Notes under the pieces: generated by a model
Database searches by the model: none
Told to the model about the DNA's origin: nothing
The model's input: only the letters and a program-made list of their open reading frames with translations
Assembly (NCBI GenBank): GCA_030765145.1
Contig: JAVCDA010000002.1
Location: 16,320-80,319 of the forward strand
DNA length: 64,000 bases
From: Candidatus Saelkia tenebricola
GTDB lineage: Bacteria > Omnitrophota > Gorgyraeia > Kaelpiales > Kaelpiaceae
Direction: 5' to 3'
Translations under genes and position numbers: made by a program
Part shown: piece after piece, positions 1 to 9,440 of the stretch
How positions within the stretch are numbered: position 1 is the stretch's first letter
How the letters are laid out: the number at the start of each line of letters is the position of its first letter

Positions 1-320
1 ATTTCAAATATCGGGATATTATAGTTTTTGATTATTTCTTTGATAACCGGAATTTGTTTTTTTAAAGTATCAGGTGTAGGTTTTCTTGTAGCTTTGTAAT
101 CTTTAAATAGTTCTTTCCTGAATGTAGGAGCCTTATGGTCAAGAGTAACAGCGAGATAGTCGGGGTTTCTTTCCTGGATAAGCTTTTTTAACATATTGAT
201 AAAACCATAAATAGCATTAGTTGGAAATCCCTTAGAATTGGTTAATCGTGGTAAGGCATAATAAGCTCTATAGATATAATTACTACCGTCGATTAGATAA
301 AGCGTTTTTTGAGAATCCAT
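1..320 (-). CDS. polA: DNA polymerase I, N-terminal 5'-3' exonuclease domain (partial, runs off the window start)
   Basis: Not in the ORF track. Manual translation from ATG at 320: MDSQKTLYLIDGSNYIYRAYYALPRLTNSKGFPTNAIYGFINML...FRKELFKDYKATR, the classic PolA N-terminus. A stand-alone 5'-3' exonuclease cannot be excluded. Confidence 0.9.
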   Translation of the reverse strand, partial: MDSQKTLYLIDGSNYIYRAYYALPRLTNSKGFPTNAIYGFINMLKKLIQERNPDYLAVTLDHKAPTFRKELFKDYKATRKPTPDTLKKQIPVIKEIIKNYNIPIFE

Positions 321-349
321 CTATATGTTTTAAGGATTAATTTGAGAGG

Positions 350-1141
350 TTATTCATCTCTGGGAATTAATTCAAGTATTTTCTCAAATTCTTGTTTCGC
401 CTTTACATTTTCATTAGAGTTTAAGAAGTCGGTGCCGTTTTTGACGTGTATGTTGATTTTCTGAATTTTATATTCAGAATTAGATTTGCTATACATTTCC
501 TGATATTTTAAATTATCAGGTGCTAAGTGAATTGCCTGTTTCAACTCATTATATGCATTTTCAAAAAGTTTCTTTTTGAAATAGAAAACACCTTTCTGAT
601 AATGTTTGGCAGCCAAAATTTTGTTGGATTCTTTATCTTCTTTAAGTTTTCCGGCAATCTCCTGGGCAAGAACCTTAGCTTCTATCTCTTTTGCCATCTC
701 AGGCGCGTATTTCCAAATTTTCTCCCATGCTCTTTTTGTCCAGGAATCATTTGTTTTACCGAGTTCTGCTCTTTTTGCGAAATGCACAAGAGCTTTTTCT
801 ATTTCATTCATTCGCTCATATAAAAGCCCCAGGTTCATATGTGCTTCAGCAAAATCAGGATTTATTTGAATAGCTGCAATATATTCGTTCAGTGCTTTAT
901 CAAGATAGCCTTTTATTTCGAATACTATTCCGGCGTCATTATGAGGTATAGCATAGAACGGATCCAAGGCCGAAGATTTTTTATAGTACACTAAGGCCAT
1001 TTCAATATCACCTGCGGTTTGAGCTTCATACCCCTTACTTCTATATACCCTTGCTTCGTTGAAGAAATCCTCATTTGTTGCCCAAGCAAGTGAATAAAAC
1101 ATTAACATCACAAATACGATTATTTTCATTTTATCATTCAT
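350..1141 (-). CDS. Exported tetratricopeptide repeat (TPR) protein
   Basis: Signal peptide; TPR motifs (ALDPFYAIPHNDAGIVF, INPDFAEAHMNLGLLYE, AIHLAPDN). Confidence 0.85.
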   Translation of the reverse strand: MNDKMKIIVFVMLMFYSLAWATNEDFFNEARVYRSKGYEAQTAGDIEMALVYYKKSSALDPFYAIPHNDAGIVFEIKGYLDKALNEYIAAIQINPDFAEAHMNLGLLYERMNEIEKALVHFAKRAELGKTNDSWTKRAWEKIWKYAPEMAKEIEAKVLAQEIAGKLKEDKESNKILAAKHYQKGVFYFKKKLFENAYNELKQAIHLAPDNLKYQEMYSKSNSEYKIQKINIHVKNGTDFLNSNENVKAKQEFEKILELIPRDE

Positions 1142-1601
1142 TGTTTATCGGCTCGTATAATTGAATTCTCTGCTGTGCTCTCCAGACCCAAGGATCATCT
1201 TTTTTATTTGAATATTTTACTCTTAATTTATAATAATGAACTGCTTTCTCAGCATTATCCATTTTCTCATATAATCGAGCTAAGTTAAAGTAAGAAGAAA
1301 GAAATTTTTCATCAACATCAATTGCTTTTTTATAAGTATCCTCCGCTTTAGAATACATTTCTTTTACCTCATATATAATGCCTAAATCATTATATATTTT
1401 TGCGTTGTAAGGATCAAGGTAAGTTGCTTTTTTATAATAACTTATAGCTTTACTCCAGTCTTTCTTATCCTGGGCAAACCTTCCCTCTTTTTGATAATTA
1501 AGGGCTTCTTCTTTTATAAAGATTTCTGTTTTAAACGATTTGCAGCTTGATAGCAGCAGGCACAGAAACAATAAGGAATAAAACTTAAGAGATTTCATCA
1601 T
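1134..1601 (-). CDS. TPR lipoprotein
   Basis: Likely start MMKSLKF at 1601; lipobox LLLSSC; TPR motifs (LDPYNAKIYNDLGIIYE, SYFNLARLYE); resembles the N-terminal half of the downstream TPR gene. Confidence 0.8.
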   Translation of the reverse strand: MMKSLKFYSLLFLCLLLSSCKSFKTEIFIKEEALNYQKEGRFAQDKKDWSKAISYYKKATYLDPYNAKIYNDLGIIYEVKEMYSKAEDTYKKAIDVDEKFLSSYFNLARLYEKMDNAEKAVHYYKLRVKYSNKKDDPWVWRAQQRIQLYEPINNE

Positions 1602-1635
1602 ACACTTGTTTAGCAGTAGATTAGCATTTAATAAT

Positions 1636-2217
1636 TTATCTGTAAAGATAAAATTCATCAATAAAAATTCTTCCAGTTTTTTTTGTAACTGTTTTCTCAT
1701 CAAATATAATTGAAAATTCATATACTTCGCTGAAGTCTTCTGCTTTATTCATTGCTTCAAACGGAACAACAATTTTCCTCCATTTTGAAGTAATACCTTC
1801 AACTAAAAAACTTGCTATTTTTCCGTGAATATTTTTCATCTCAACGGTCAAAGTCTCAGTATAACCTATGCCCTCGTCTCCTTTTGCATAGAAAGAAAGA
1901 TATTCCCAATTTCTTAAATCCATTCTTTCAAGTCTCATCCAGAATCCGTTATAAGCAGGAGAATTTGGGGAATCAACGTCATAGTCTAAAGTAAGGCTGC
2001 AGCCTCGGCCGTTATAAGCTATTCTGGGATCACTTGTGATACTTTCATTACAGAACTGAGACCTGTCCCATTCAATCCTGTTCCATGTTCCGTAATCACC
2101 GCTGATTAAGTTAGGTTTTTCTCCTCTGTCAAAATCTGCGATTTTTAATTCCTCAGCATTTAACAAGGAGAAGTTCAGGATTAGCAAGGATAGCAGTAAA
2201 ATAGTAGGTTTTCTCAT
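1636..2217 (-). CDS. Secreted carbohydrate-binding (CBM11/CIA30-like galactose-binding fold) protein
   Basis: Signal peptide; IADFD...SLTLDY...DLRNWEYLSFYAKGD...W..IVVPF...GRIFIDEF pattern typical of the CBM11/CIA30 fold. Confidence 0.65.
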   Translation of the reverse strand: MRKPTILLLSLLILNFSLLNAEELKIADFDRGEKPNLISGDYGTWNRIEWDRSQFCNESITSDPRIAYNGRGCSLTLDYDVDSPNSPAYNGFWMRLERMDLRNWEYLSFYAKGDEGIGYTETLTVEMKNIHGKIASFLVEGITSKWRKIVVPFEAMNKAEDFSEVYEFSIIFDEKTVTKKTGRIFIDEFYLYR

Positions 2218-3896
2218 ATAAACCATCCAAATTTAAAGTATACTGTATCTATATTGTCATTTACGTTGATATAGTCTGTATAACGGTATCCAACTCTTAA
2301 ATCTATCAATCCGGGTTTCCTGAGCATTAATTCGCCTCGTGTAGTTATATTGTCGAACTCGCTAAAACCAAGTCCGTTTCCGTAATCTAAGCCGAATGTG
2401 AATTTTAAATCCCTGATTATTTCATATTCCAGTTCATTTTCCCATGTCCAAGAAGATGCGGATATTGTCTGAGCGGATACAGTAGAAGGAGATTTAATTC
2501 TGGTATAATCAACATAAGTCCAGTCTGTTTTATACATCATTTTTCCATTAATCCCCTTTTCTACCTTTAAGCCTGTTTTTTTTGTCCACCAGGTATCCTG
2601 GCTGGGAGAGTGCTGTTGTTTCTCCCAGTAAAAGTGGGGTTTGATTCTTAAATATTTGCGCTGGTTATAAAAATCTAATTCTAATGTATAGTTTCTTTCA
2701 TATGCTCTTCGCTCACTCCACCCTTCCTCTTCTGCCCGCTTATATTCTCCATTCCAATATTGATAGTCGAATTTGATTCCGAATGTTTGATCTAATAAAG
2801 CACTGTATGGTGCTGTTTCAAATCCAACTAGATAAGAATTGCAAGGAATGTAGCCTGCCTCATCGGTTACTTTATTACTTATATTTACCGTATCTCCGTA
2901 GCGTAGTTTTAGTTTTAAGTAGCCCAGTTTTTTTATTCTTGGGATTGTGTATTCTAATTGATAGTATTTTTCGTCGTAATTATCGAAATAAACGTCATTT
3001 GAACTCCACAATGTTTTAGCCGGATATTTTCTTTTTACTTTTTCTTGATGGTTAATAAAAGTAAATTTGGGTAGATTTTCCTTAATATGAAGAATAATTT
3101 CTTCTCGATAATACTCTTGCTTATTAATTGATAAGTAATTTCGTACTTCATCATTTCGCCGCTGGTTGAATTCCTGTGCTTCCAGCATCAAAGTCTCTAT
3201 CCCCACACGTTCTTCATCATATTTATACTCACCTCTTACCCCAATCCAGGGGTGTATTTTTAAGCCCTCCCTGTCTTTAAAGTAAGGAATCCTGAAATCC
3301 CTGTGTTTTATATGATAGGGGTCTAATATCGTATTAACCGTTGCACCTTTTTTCTCTGCTGAATGCGCATCTATTGCATCTATCTGCTGAAATTCAGCAA
3401 TGATTGCCCCTTGTTTTTTAACTGTAAAATGAGGTGTTGCCTGTTCTTCTTCAATAGATTGTGTATGTTTAGGAAATTGCTTTACCGTTACGACAGGTGT
3501 TAAAACTTGCTTTTGCTGTTTGGTAACTTCTGGAATTAAATTTTGCACCCTTTTTTCTTTAATAACAGGAATGGTTGCGGTTTCTTTTTCCATAAGGACT
3601 ATTTTTATGGGGGGGTGTTTTGTTGTTTTTGTTTTTTCAACATTGGCTAAGACAATTTTGCGTAACTCGGGATTAAAAGGATAAATCTCACTTGCCTTTA
3701 GGTAATAATTTTTGGCAAGCTGAGGATTTTTCAGGGCTACTTCTTTTCCTTTAGCGATTAGAGTATAAGATAATTTTACTTTCCATGCGGGGTATTCTTT
3801 TTCAGATGCCGATAATGATTTAGGAAAGAGAAAAAAATAGCAGATGAACAAAATAGAAAAATATACTTTTAATCCGGTTATTTTTTTGAAAACCAT
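2214..3896 (-). CDS. Hypothetical outer-membrane beta-barrel protein
   Basis: Signal peptide, low-complexity linker, then alternating aromatic beta-strand pattern ending VYFKFGWFI. Confidence 0.55.
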   Translation of the reverse strand: MVFKKITGLKVYFSILFICYFFLFPKSLSASEKEYPAWKVKLSYTLIAKGKEVALKNPQLAKNYYLKASEIYPFNPELRKIVLANVEKTKTTKHPPIKIVLMEKETATIPVIKEKRVQNLIPEVTKQQKQVLTPVVTVKQFPKHTQSIEEEQATPHFTVKKQGAIIAEFQQIDAIDAHSAEKKGATVNTILDPYHIKHRDFRIPYFKDREGLKIHPWIGVRGEYKYDEERVGIETLMLEAQEFNQRRNDEVRNYLSINKQEYYREEIILHIKENLPKFTFINHQEKVKRKYPAKTLWSSNDVYFDNYDEKYYQLEYTIPRIKKLGYLKLKLRYGDTVNISNKVTDEAGYIPCNSYLVGFETAPYSALLDQTFGIKFDYQYWNGEYKRAEEEGWSERRAYERNYTLELDFYNQRKYLRIKPHFYWEKQQHSPSQDTWWTKKTGLKVEKGINGKMMYKTDWTYVDYTRIKSPSTVSAQTISASSWTWENELEYEIIRDLKFTFGLDYGNGLGFSEFDNITTRGELMLRKPGLIDLRVGYRYTDYINVNDNIDTVYFKFGWFI

Positions 3897-3941
3897 AATA
3901 TATCCGCTATTTTCCTAATTTAGATATACTATAGCAATAAT

Positions 3942-5102
3942 TTACTTTTTTTTCAACTCTAAATTGGGTATTTTCAGTTTTACTTCTTCTAATATTACTT
4001 TAAGAGGGATTTTAAATTTAAGTGCTAAGAGCTTACAATCTTCGTATTCCGGTTTGATTTTAGAAACCCCTTTAATGTTTGAAATTTTAATTCTTACTTT
4101 ACCGTATTTTATATTGATGTATTTCATTTCCTGAAACAGTTTCCTCCTGTTTATTTTTTGATATCTTATTCCGTTTGTGGTTGTTTCTTTAAAGATTGCA
4201 TCCAGCAAACATTCCAAATTATTTTTATCCGAGAGAACTTTAACCGTAAAACCAATTCTGTTTTTTTTGCCGTAATGAGAATGTATGTAAACATCTAAAG
4301 CACCTGATTTAAAGAGTTTCTCCTGCAAGTAAGATAAGACTTCAGGTGTCTCATCATCTACTGCTGTCTCAATAAGGTATATTTCTTCATCCCTTAAATT
4401 CAAATCTACATCCGCTAATATTAGTCTTAACAGGTTGGGTCCGACTTTAAGTTGTTTATTTCCAGTAGCATAAGATGTTTTAATAGCTGTGAATTCTGAC
4501 ATCAAATGCCGGGGATTAGACAATGTTTTGATGATGCTCGCTCCGGTAGGAGTAATAATCTCTTCGTCAATATCTATATATCGTAATTTAAACCCCTTAA
4601 GTATCTCCAGTGTTGCCGGTGCAAAAGAGGGGTATTTCCTGCCCTTTTTGTAAAATCGAGGTATGTTTATAGAGGTTATGAAACAATTCTTAACTCCTAA
4701 ATCATCAATCATAAGTCCTGCTCCTACTGCGTCAATTAGAGTATCAACTGATGCAATCTCATCACTGTGGAGATGATGTGTATTGTGAATCTTTTTTTCA
4801 ACTTCAATAAGATTCTCTACTATTTTTAGTGCAATTGTCTCTGCTGTTTCGCTTAATTTTGATTTACGAATTATTTCTACAATTTCCACCAACTCTAAAT
4901 GCTTCAAGTTCTCATCGAAGATTATTAACTTGTTGACTTTGAAATGTCCGGAATGTATTTTTTTTATTTTTATCCTGGTTTTGTATTTAAATTTAGCAAG
5001 CAAATCATTTATTTTATCAACTTTACACCCTAAACCTATTGATGCGGCTAAAAACATATCTCCGCTTATTCCTGGTTGTGTATCGATAATTAAAGATTTC
5101 AT
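3942..5102 (-). CDS. larC: Nickel pincer cofactor biosynthesis protein LarC (nickel insertase), divergent
   Basis: GISGDM, APATLEIL, E.ITPTGA, ETAVDD, GALDV, KKNR.G, ETTT.G.R, KPEYEDC motifs. Confidence 0.9.
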   Translation of the reverse strand: MKSLIIDTQPGISGDMFLAASIGLGCKVDKINDLLAKFKYKTRIKIKKIHSGHFKVNKLIIFDENLKHLELVEIVEIIRKSKLSETAETIALKIVENLIEVEKKIHNTHHLHSDEIASVDTLIDAVGAGLMIDDLGVKNCFITSINIPRFYKKGRKYPSFAPATLEILKGFKLRYIDIDEEIITPTGASIIKTLSNPRHLMSEFTAIKTSYATGNKQLKVGPNLLRLILADVDLNLRDEEIYLIETAVDDETPEVLSYLQEKLFKSGALDVYIHSHYGKKNRIGFTVKVLSDKNNLECLLDAIFKETTTNGIRYQKINRRKLFQEMKYINIKYGKVRIKISNIKGVSKIKPEYEDCKLLALKFKIPLKVILEEVKLKIPNLELKKK

Positions 5103-5839
5103 AGTTTATTTATGAGATATGCCATTGTCGCTGCGCCTATGCCGTTATCAATATTTACAACAGCTGATCCTAAGCTACATGAGTTGAGCATTGTTAAAAG
5201 AGCAGAGAACCCTCCCAAATTAGTACCGTATCCTATGCTTGTAGGCACAGCTATTAGGGGTTTTGATACCATGCTTGCTATTATTCCCGGCAAAGCTCCT
5301 TCCATTCCGGCTGCTACTATTATACATTTTGACTCCTCAATTTGCTCTATTTTATCCATTATTCTATGTAATCCTGCTATTCCAAGATCATAAAATCTAT
5401 TAACATGAGCTCCTAAAAGTTCCAGAGTGAAAGCTGCTTCTTCCCCAACCTTAATATCGGAACTCCCAGCAGTTATAACAGCAATAAGTCCGGATTTATT
5501 TTTGGGAGGAATATCCAAATAACCAATTGAAGCAGTTTTATTATATTTAAGTTTTGGAAATGTTATTTTCAACTTTTTATAGATAGTATATTCCAAGCGG
5601 CTCATTATGAGTGGTGAAATAGATTTAGTATTTTTTAAAACTTCCTTTAGAGTCTTAATATTTTTATCTTTTGCATAGATTATTTCAGGAAAACCTCGCC
5701 TTAGATATCGCTGAGTATCAAAAGTTAGATTTTTCTTTTCAACAAAGGGATACCACTTAAGGGTCTTTAAAGCATCACTTAAGGATAATGTACCCTGTTT
5801 ATATTGATTAAGAATTTCCTCAAGGTTTGAAGTGGTCAT
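5099..5839 (-). CDS. larB: Nickel pincer cofactor biosynthesis protein LarB (PurE-like carboxylase)
   Basis: R..RRGFPE, AGSSD, D.G.AGLHR, AGMEGALP, PTSIGYG, LNSC, VVNIDNG motifs. Confidence 0.95.
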   Translation of the reverse strand: MTTSNLEEILNQYKQGTLSLSDALKTLKWYPFVEKKNLTFDTQRYLRRGFPEIIYAKDKNIKTLKEVLKNTKSISPLIMSRLEYTIYKKLKITFPKLKYNKTASIGYLDIPPKNKSGLIAVITAGSSDIKVGEEAAFTLELLGAHVNRFYDLGIAGLHRIMDKIEQIEESKCIIVAAGMEGALPGIIASMVSKPLIAVPTSIGYGTNLGGFSALLTMLNSCSLGSAVVNIDNGIGAATMAYLINKL

Positions 5840-5847
5840 CTATGTGT

Positions 5848-6195
5848 TTAGTATTTGAGTATGTAATAAAGAAGCATGAAAATTAAACAAAAACTCATAA
5901 TGTAAAAATCATTGAATTTAATGAATTCTAAAAGTTTATCCCTAAAACATAATTTTTCTTTTAGGTATTCTATTTCTTCCTGAGAAGGTAGGTTTCGATA
6001 CTCAACGATTTTATCTCGAATGTGTGGCATATTAGCTTGTTCTTTATATTTTTCCAACTCCTGCTGCGAAAAACGAATAAATTTACCCGCAATTTTATAA
6101 TGGGGTATTTTATGTTTTTGAATAAAATCTTCAAATTCCTGGGTATTAATATCCAAAAATAGAGCTGCTTCATTAGAAGTTAGAAGTTTATCCAT
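5848..6195 (-). CDS. Excisionase-like HTH (HTH_17) protein with C-terminal transmembrane helix
   Basis: LLTSNEAALFL...IPHYKIAGKFIRFSQQEL; hydrophobic tail FYIMSFCLIFMLLYYIL. Confidence 0.75.
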   Translation of the reverse strand: MDKLLTSNEAALFLDINTQEFEDFIQKHKIPHYKIAGKFIRFSQQELEKYKEQANMPHIRDKIVEYRNLPSQEEIEYLKEKLCFRDKLLEFIKFNDFYIMSFCLIFMLLYYILKY

Positions 6196-6204
6196 CGCTA
6201 TTAC

Positions 6205-6714
6205 TTAAGATACTTTTTCTTTAGAAAGCCAGTTTTCAACTTCTTTGGGGTCAAAAAGATACCGCGAGCCTTCTCTGATTACAGGAACTTTATTTTCTTG
6301 AGACCAGTCTAAGAGTGTCGATTCTTCTATTTGTAAGTAAGTAGCCATTTCTCTAAGAGTGAGATATTTTGATTTTGTTTCTGCATTCATGGTGCATAAT
6401 CCATTCAGAAGTGCACCTTCCTCAACAACCAAAAGAGGAGATCTTATTTCTCCTGTAACATTTGCAGGAGAAATAAGTCTGAGTCGTCTTTGGGCGGAAA
6501 TGTTTCCTTCAATTTTTCCTGCGACAGTAATATCTTCACCCATAATTTCCGCTTTTACGCTTGCATTTTGGCCTATAAAAAGTGTTCCTTTGGTATTTAA
6601 TTTACCTTGAAAAGTACCGTTGATAGTTAGATTGACAGAATCTTTAAAGGTAAGCTCTCCCTGCATGTCTGCATTGACTTCCAGTATCTTTTCTTCAACT
6701 TTTCTTTTTGCCAT
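6205..6714 (-). CDS. Bactofilin (polymer-forming cytoskeletal) domain fused to a C-terminal HTH_17 domain
   Basis: Bactofilin repeats (INGTFQGKL, LFIGQNASVKAEI, VAGKIEGNI, VTGEI..P.LVVEEGA.LNG.C.M), followed by YLTLREMATYLQIEESTLLDW...VP..REG..YLF. Confidence 0.85.
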   Translation of the reverse strand: MAKRKVEEKILEVNADMQGELTFKDSVNLTINGTFQGKLNTKGTLFIGQNASVKAEIMGEDITVAGKIEGNISAQRRLRLISPANVTGEIRSPLLVVEEGALLNGLCTMNAETKSKYLTLREMATYLQIEESTLLDWSQENKVPVIREGSRYLFDPKEVENWLSKEKVS

Positions 6715-6736
6715 TATTCTGCCTCCTTTTAATAAA

Positions 6737-7408
6737 TTATGTTTGCGAATAAATCCAACGTGTGAATTTTATACCGTTTATGCGAGCAATATCTTCTGAT
6801 ATATTGGGCATGTGTTTATCCAACAAGCGTAGTTTTAATTCAATAATATATGTGATGTGTTCTTTATCTTTAAGTGAAACTTCAAAATCTTTTATTTCTA
6901 CATTGTATTCAGATAAAATGCTGCGTATTTTCTCAAGGAGGTGAATTTCACCGGTTGTTTCCACCTGCAATGTTTTGTATAAAGATTTACGTAATAATTT
7001 CTTTTCTATCCCCGCAAGCAGAAATAAAACAATGAGTATAATAATTGTGGTAAAAATTGCTGGTAGATATAAACCAACTCCTATTGCAAGTCCAATTCCG
7101 GCAACCGCCCACAAAGAAGCTGCGGTAGTCAATCCCCGTATTGAAGCTCTGAATCTGATAATTGTTCCGGCACCTAAAAACCCTATTCCGCTTACTACTT
7201 GAGCTGCTATTCGTGACGGATCTGCAGAATTTCCGTATACGGAATACATATAAACAGAAGTCAACATTATAAGACAAGATCCGATACCTACAAGGATATG
7301 GGTTCTGAATCCAGCTGCTCTACCATGAGTTTCTCTTTCCAATCCAATCAGTCCAGACAGAACAGACACCAATACTAATTTATATAAAATGACTACGTTT
7401 TCTCCCAT
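6737..7408 (-). CDS. mgtC: MgtC/SapB family membrane protein with C-terminal ACT-like domain
   Basis: IGLERE..GR.AGFRTH, DPSRIAAQVVSGIGFLGAG, GLTTAASLW. Confidence 0.92.
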   Translation of the reverse strand: MGENVVILYKLVLVSVLSGLIGLERETHGRAAGFRTHILVGIGSCLIMLTSVYMYSVYGNSADPSRIAAQVVSGIGFLGAGTIIRFRASIRGLTTAASLWAVAGIGLAIGVGLYLPAIFTTIIILIVLFLLAGIEKKLLRKSLYKTLQVETTGEIHLLEKIRSILSEYNVEIKDFEVSLKDKEHITYIIELKLRLLDKHMPNISEDIARINGIKFTRWIYSQT

Positions 7409-8391
7409 TTCTCCTCAAAAGTTGAATAAGGTTCAAAATTAATTTTGGTTCCCAACTTTTTATTATACAACTCATAGCCTAATCCTGCAACCATTCCTGC
7501 ATTGTCAGAACAGTATTTCATCTCAGGAAGGTATATGTTGAGACCTGAATCAGATAGTTTTCTCCTCAGGTTTTTGTTGGCAATAACACCTCCTCCGACA
7601 ATCATTCTATTGATACCATAATCTAAAACGGTTTTTTTAACCTGCTTAAGTAATGTTGTCAGTGCAGCCTCCTGAAATGCATAGCAGATTTCATCTGTTT
7701 TAGTTTTATCTAAAATCTCAAGTTTTCTTGTGTAATACAACACAGCTGTTTTTAATCCACTGTAACTAAAATCATAACCGCTTTTTACTGAAGGTGCCGT
7801 AAAATGCAATTCTTTATTTTTTGCTGAATTTGCTTTTCTTTCGATTACAGGTCCTCCGGGAAATCCCAGATTTAAAATCTTAGCAACTTTATCGTATGCT
7901 TCACCTAAGGCATCGTCTCTTGTTTTGCCTATTACTTTAAAGTCAGTAAAACTATTTAGTAAAAATAAGCTTGTATGCCCCCCGGAAACGACAAGTCCTA
8001 AAGATGGAAATTCTATGTTATTGTTCGAAAGGCATGCTGCATAAAGGTGGCTTAATATGTGGTCAACAGCAATAATAGGTTTTTTGAGTGCAAAGCTAAG
8101 TGATTTTGCAAATATTATTCCTATCATTAAAGAGCCAATTAAACCCGGTCCTTGGGTAACAGAGATTAAATCAATTTCAGAAAGAGATGTTTGAGATGTC
8201 TTAATTGCTTCTTCTAAAACAGGTAGGATTACTTCTACGTGATGCCTTGTTGCTATTTCAGGAACTATTCCCCCATATTGTTTATGGATGTCGAGACTCG
8301 AGGCGATTACATTAGCTAAAACTGTTTTACCGTTTTCTACTACTGCAACGGATGTTTCATCACAAGAGGTTTCTATTCCTAAAACTTTCAT
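7393..8391 (-). CDS. tsaD: tRNA N6-adenosine threonylcarbamoyltransferase
   Basis: LGIETSCDET, YGGIVPE, GPGL, H..SH, VSGGHT, DDA.GEAYDK, DNAGM. Confidence 0.97.
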   Translation of the reverse strand: MKVLGIETSCDETSVAVVENGKTVLANVIASSLDIHKQYGGIVPEIATRHHVEVILPVLEEAIKTSQTSLSEIDLISVTQGPGLIGSLMIGIIFAKSLSFALKKPIIAVDHILSHLYAACLSNNNIEFPSLGLVVSGGHTSLFLLNSFTDFKVIGKTRDDALGEAYDKVAKILNLGFPGGPVIERKANSAKNKELHFTAPSVKSGYDFSYSGLKTAVLYYTRKLEILDKTKTDEICYAFQEAALTTLLKQVKKTVLDYGINRMIVGGGVIANKNLRRKLSDSGLNIYLPEMKYCSDNAGMVAGLGYELYNKKLGTKINFEPYSTFEEKWEKT

Positions 8392-9440
8392 TTTAAATTC
8401 GATAGTTGAGTTGGATAGGTGTTTTCAATTATTTCAGGGATCATCTCTTTAATCGTCTTTAAAGTTATGTGTTTTGTATGTCCGATGGCAATCGCATAGC
8501 CTTGTTTTTGAGAAAGAGCTATAGCTTCTCTGATCCGAGTTTTTATGTAATCACTGTCGAGTTTGTTATCCAGAAAAACATCCCTTTCAAAACACACTAT
8601 TCCTATTTTTTCTGCACAGTCTTTGGCTACGGAATCAGAAATGACTTTGCTATCCAAATAGTAAAATCCTTTTTCATTTAATATTTTAAGAATCAAAGAC
8701 ATTTTTTCTTCATTTTTCGAAAGCAAAGACCCCATATGATTATTTACCCCTTTAATATTACTCAAATTAAGCAAGAAATTTGTCAATATTTTCTCCACCT
8801 CTTTATCACTCATGGTGTCTCTTATTGTAAACTTTTCTAGGTATTTTTCCATCTTTCTCGATTTTTGAGGTTGCATTGGAAGATGCAGCAATACTTCATG
8901 GCTGTAATCGTGGGCTATTTTGTTTATGGTTTTAGAATATCTTAATCCCGGGAGAATTGAGATATTTAAAGGGATATTAATTTCCTTCAGGTATGGAATT
9001 ACGGATTGAGAATATCCCCAGTCGTCTATTACAAGTACAAGATATCCTTTCGTTTTTATGTTTAGATTCAATTTGTAGACTAAGATGTTTTTAAAAAATA
9101 TTTCAAATGCAAAATGTTTTTCTTTGTTCTTAAGAGATTGTTTTTTTAATGCTAAGCTTTTTTTTCTCAAAAAATTATTTATGTTTTTGTGAAACTGCTG
9201 GATAGGAAAGTCCGGGCTTATGAAGTATTCTTTTTCAATGTAAGTATAGGTTTTGTTTTTGTATTGTCTTTGTTCCTGAATGTTGTTTGTTAGGTTTTTC
9301 TCCTCGATTCCAAAACAAGAAAATAGTTCTTCAAGGGAATCACCTGGTTTAGGGATTTCATTGGAATAATTTTTAAGCAGATAATTAAACAGCAAAAAAA
9401 CAAGAATAAGAGGAACAATAAATTTTAAGATTAATCTCAT
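8388..9440 (-). CDS. Divergent polysaccharide deacetylase family protein (YibQ-like)
   Basis: IDDWG, LLHLPMQP, GVNNHMGS, YLDS, RDVFLDN, AIAIGH; N-terminal membrane anchor; typical neighbour of ctpA. Confidence 0.92.
   Translation of the reverse strand: MRLILKFIVPLILVFLLFNYLLKNYSNEIPKPGDSLEELFSCFGIEEKNLTNNIQEQRQYKNKTYTYIEKEYFISPDFPIQQFHKNINNFLRKKSLALKKQSLKNKEKHFAFEIFFKNILVYKLNLNIKTKGYLVLVIDDWGYSQSVIPYLKEINIPLNISILPGLRYSKTINKIAHDYSHEVLLHLPMQPQKSRKMEKYLEKFTIRDTMSDKEVEKILTNFLLNLSNIKGVNNHMGSLLSKNEEKMSLILKILNEKGFYYLDSKVISDSVAKDCAEKIGIVCFERDVFLDNKLDSDYIKTRIREAIALSQKQGYAIAIGHTKHITLKTIKEMIPEIIENTYPTQLSNLK

Noticed and set aside
5848-6714. Excisionase-like HTH domains as a sign of a prophage or integrative element
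   Set aside because: No integrase, att-like repeats, tRNA or phage genes; both domains are fused to non-mobile modules within a housekeeping run.
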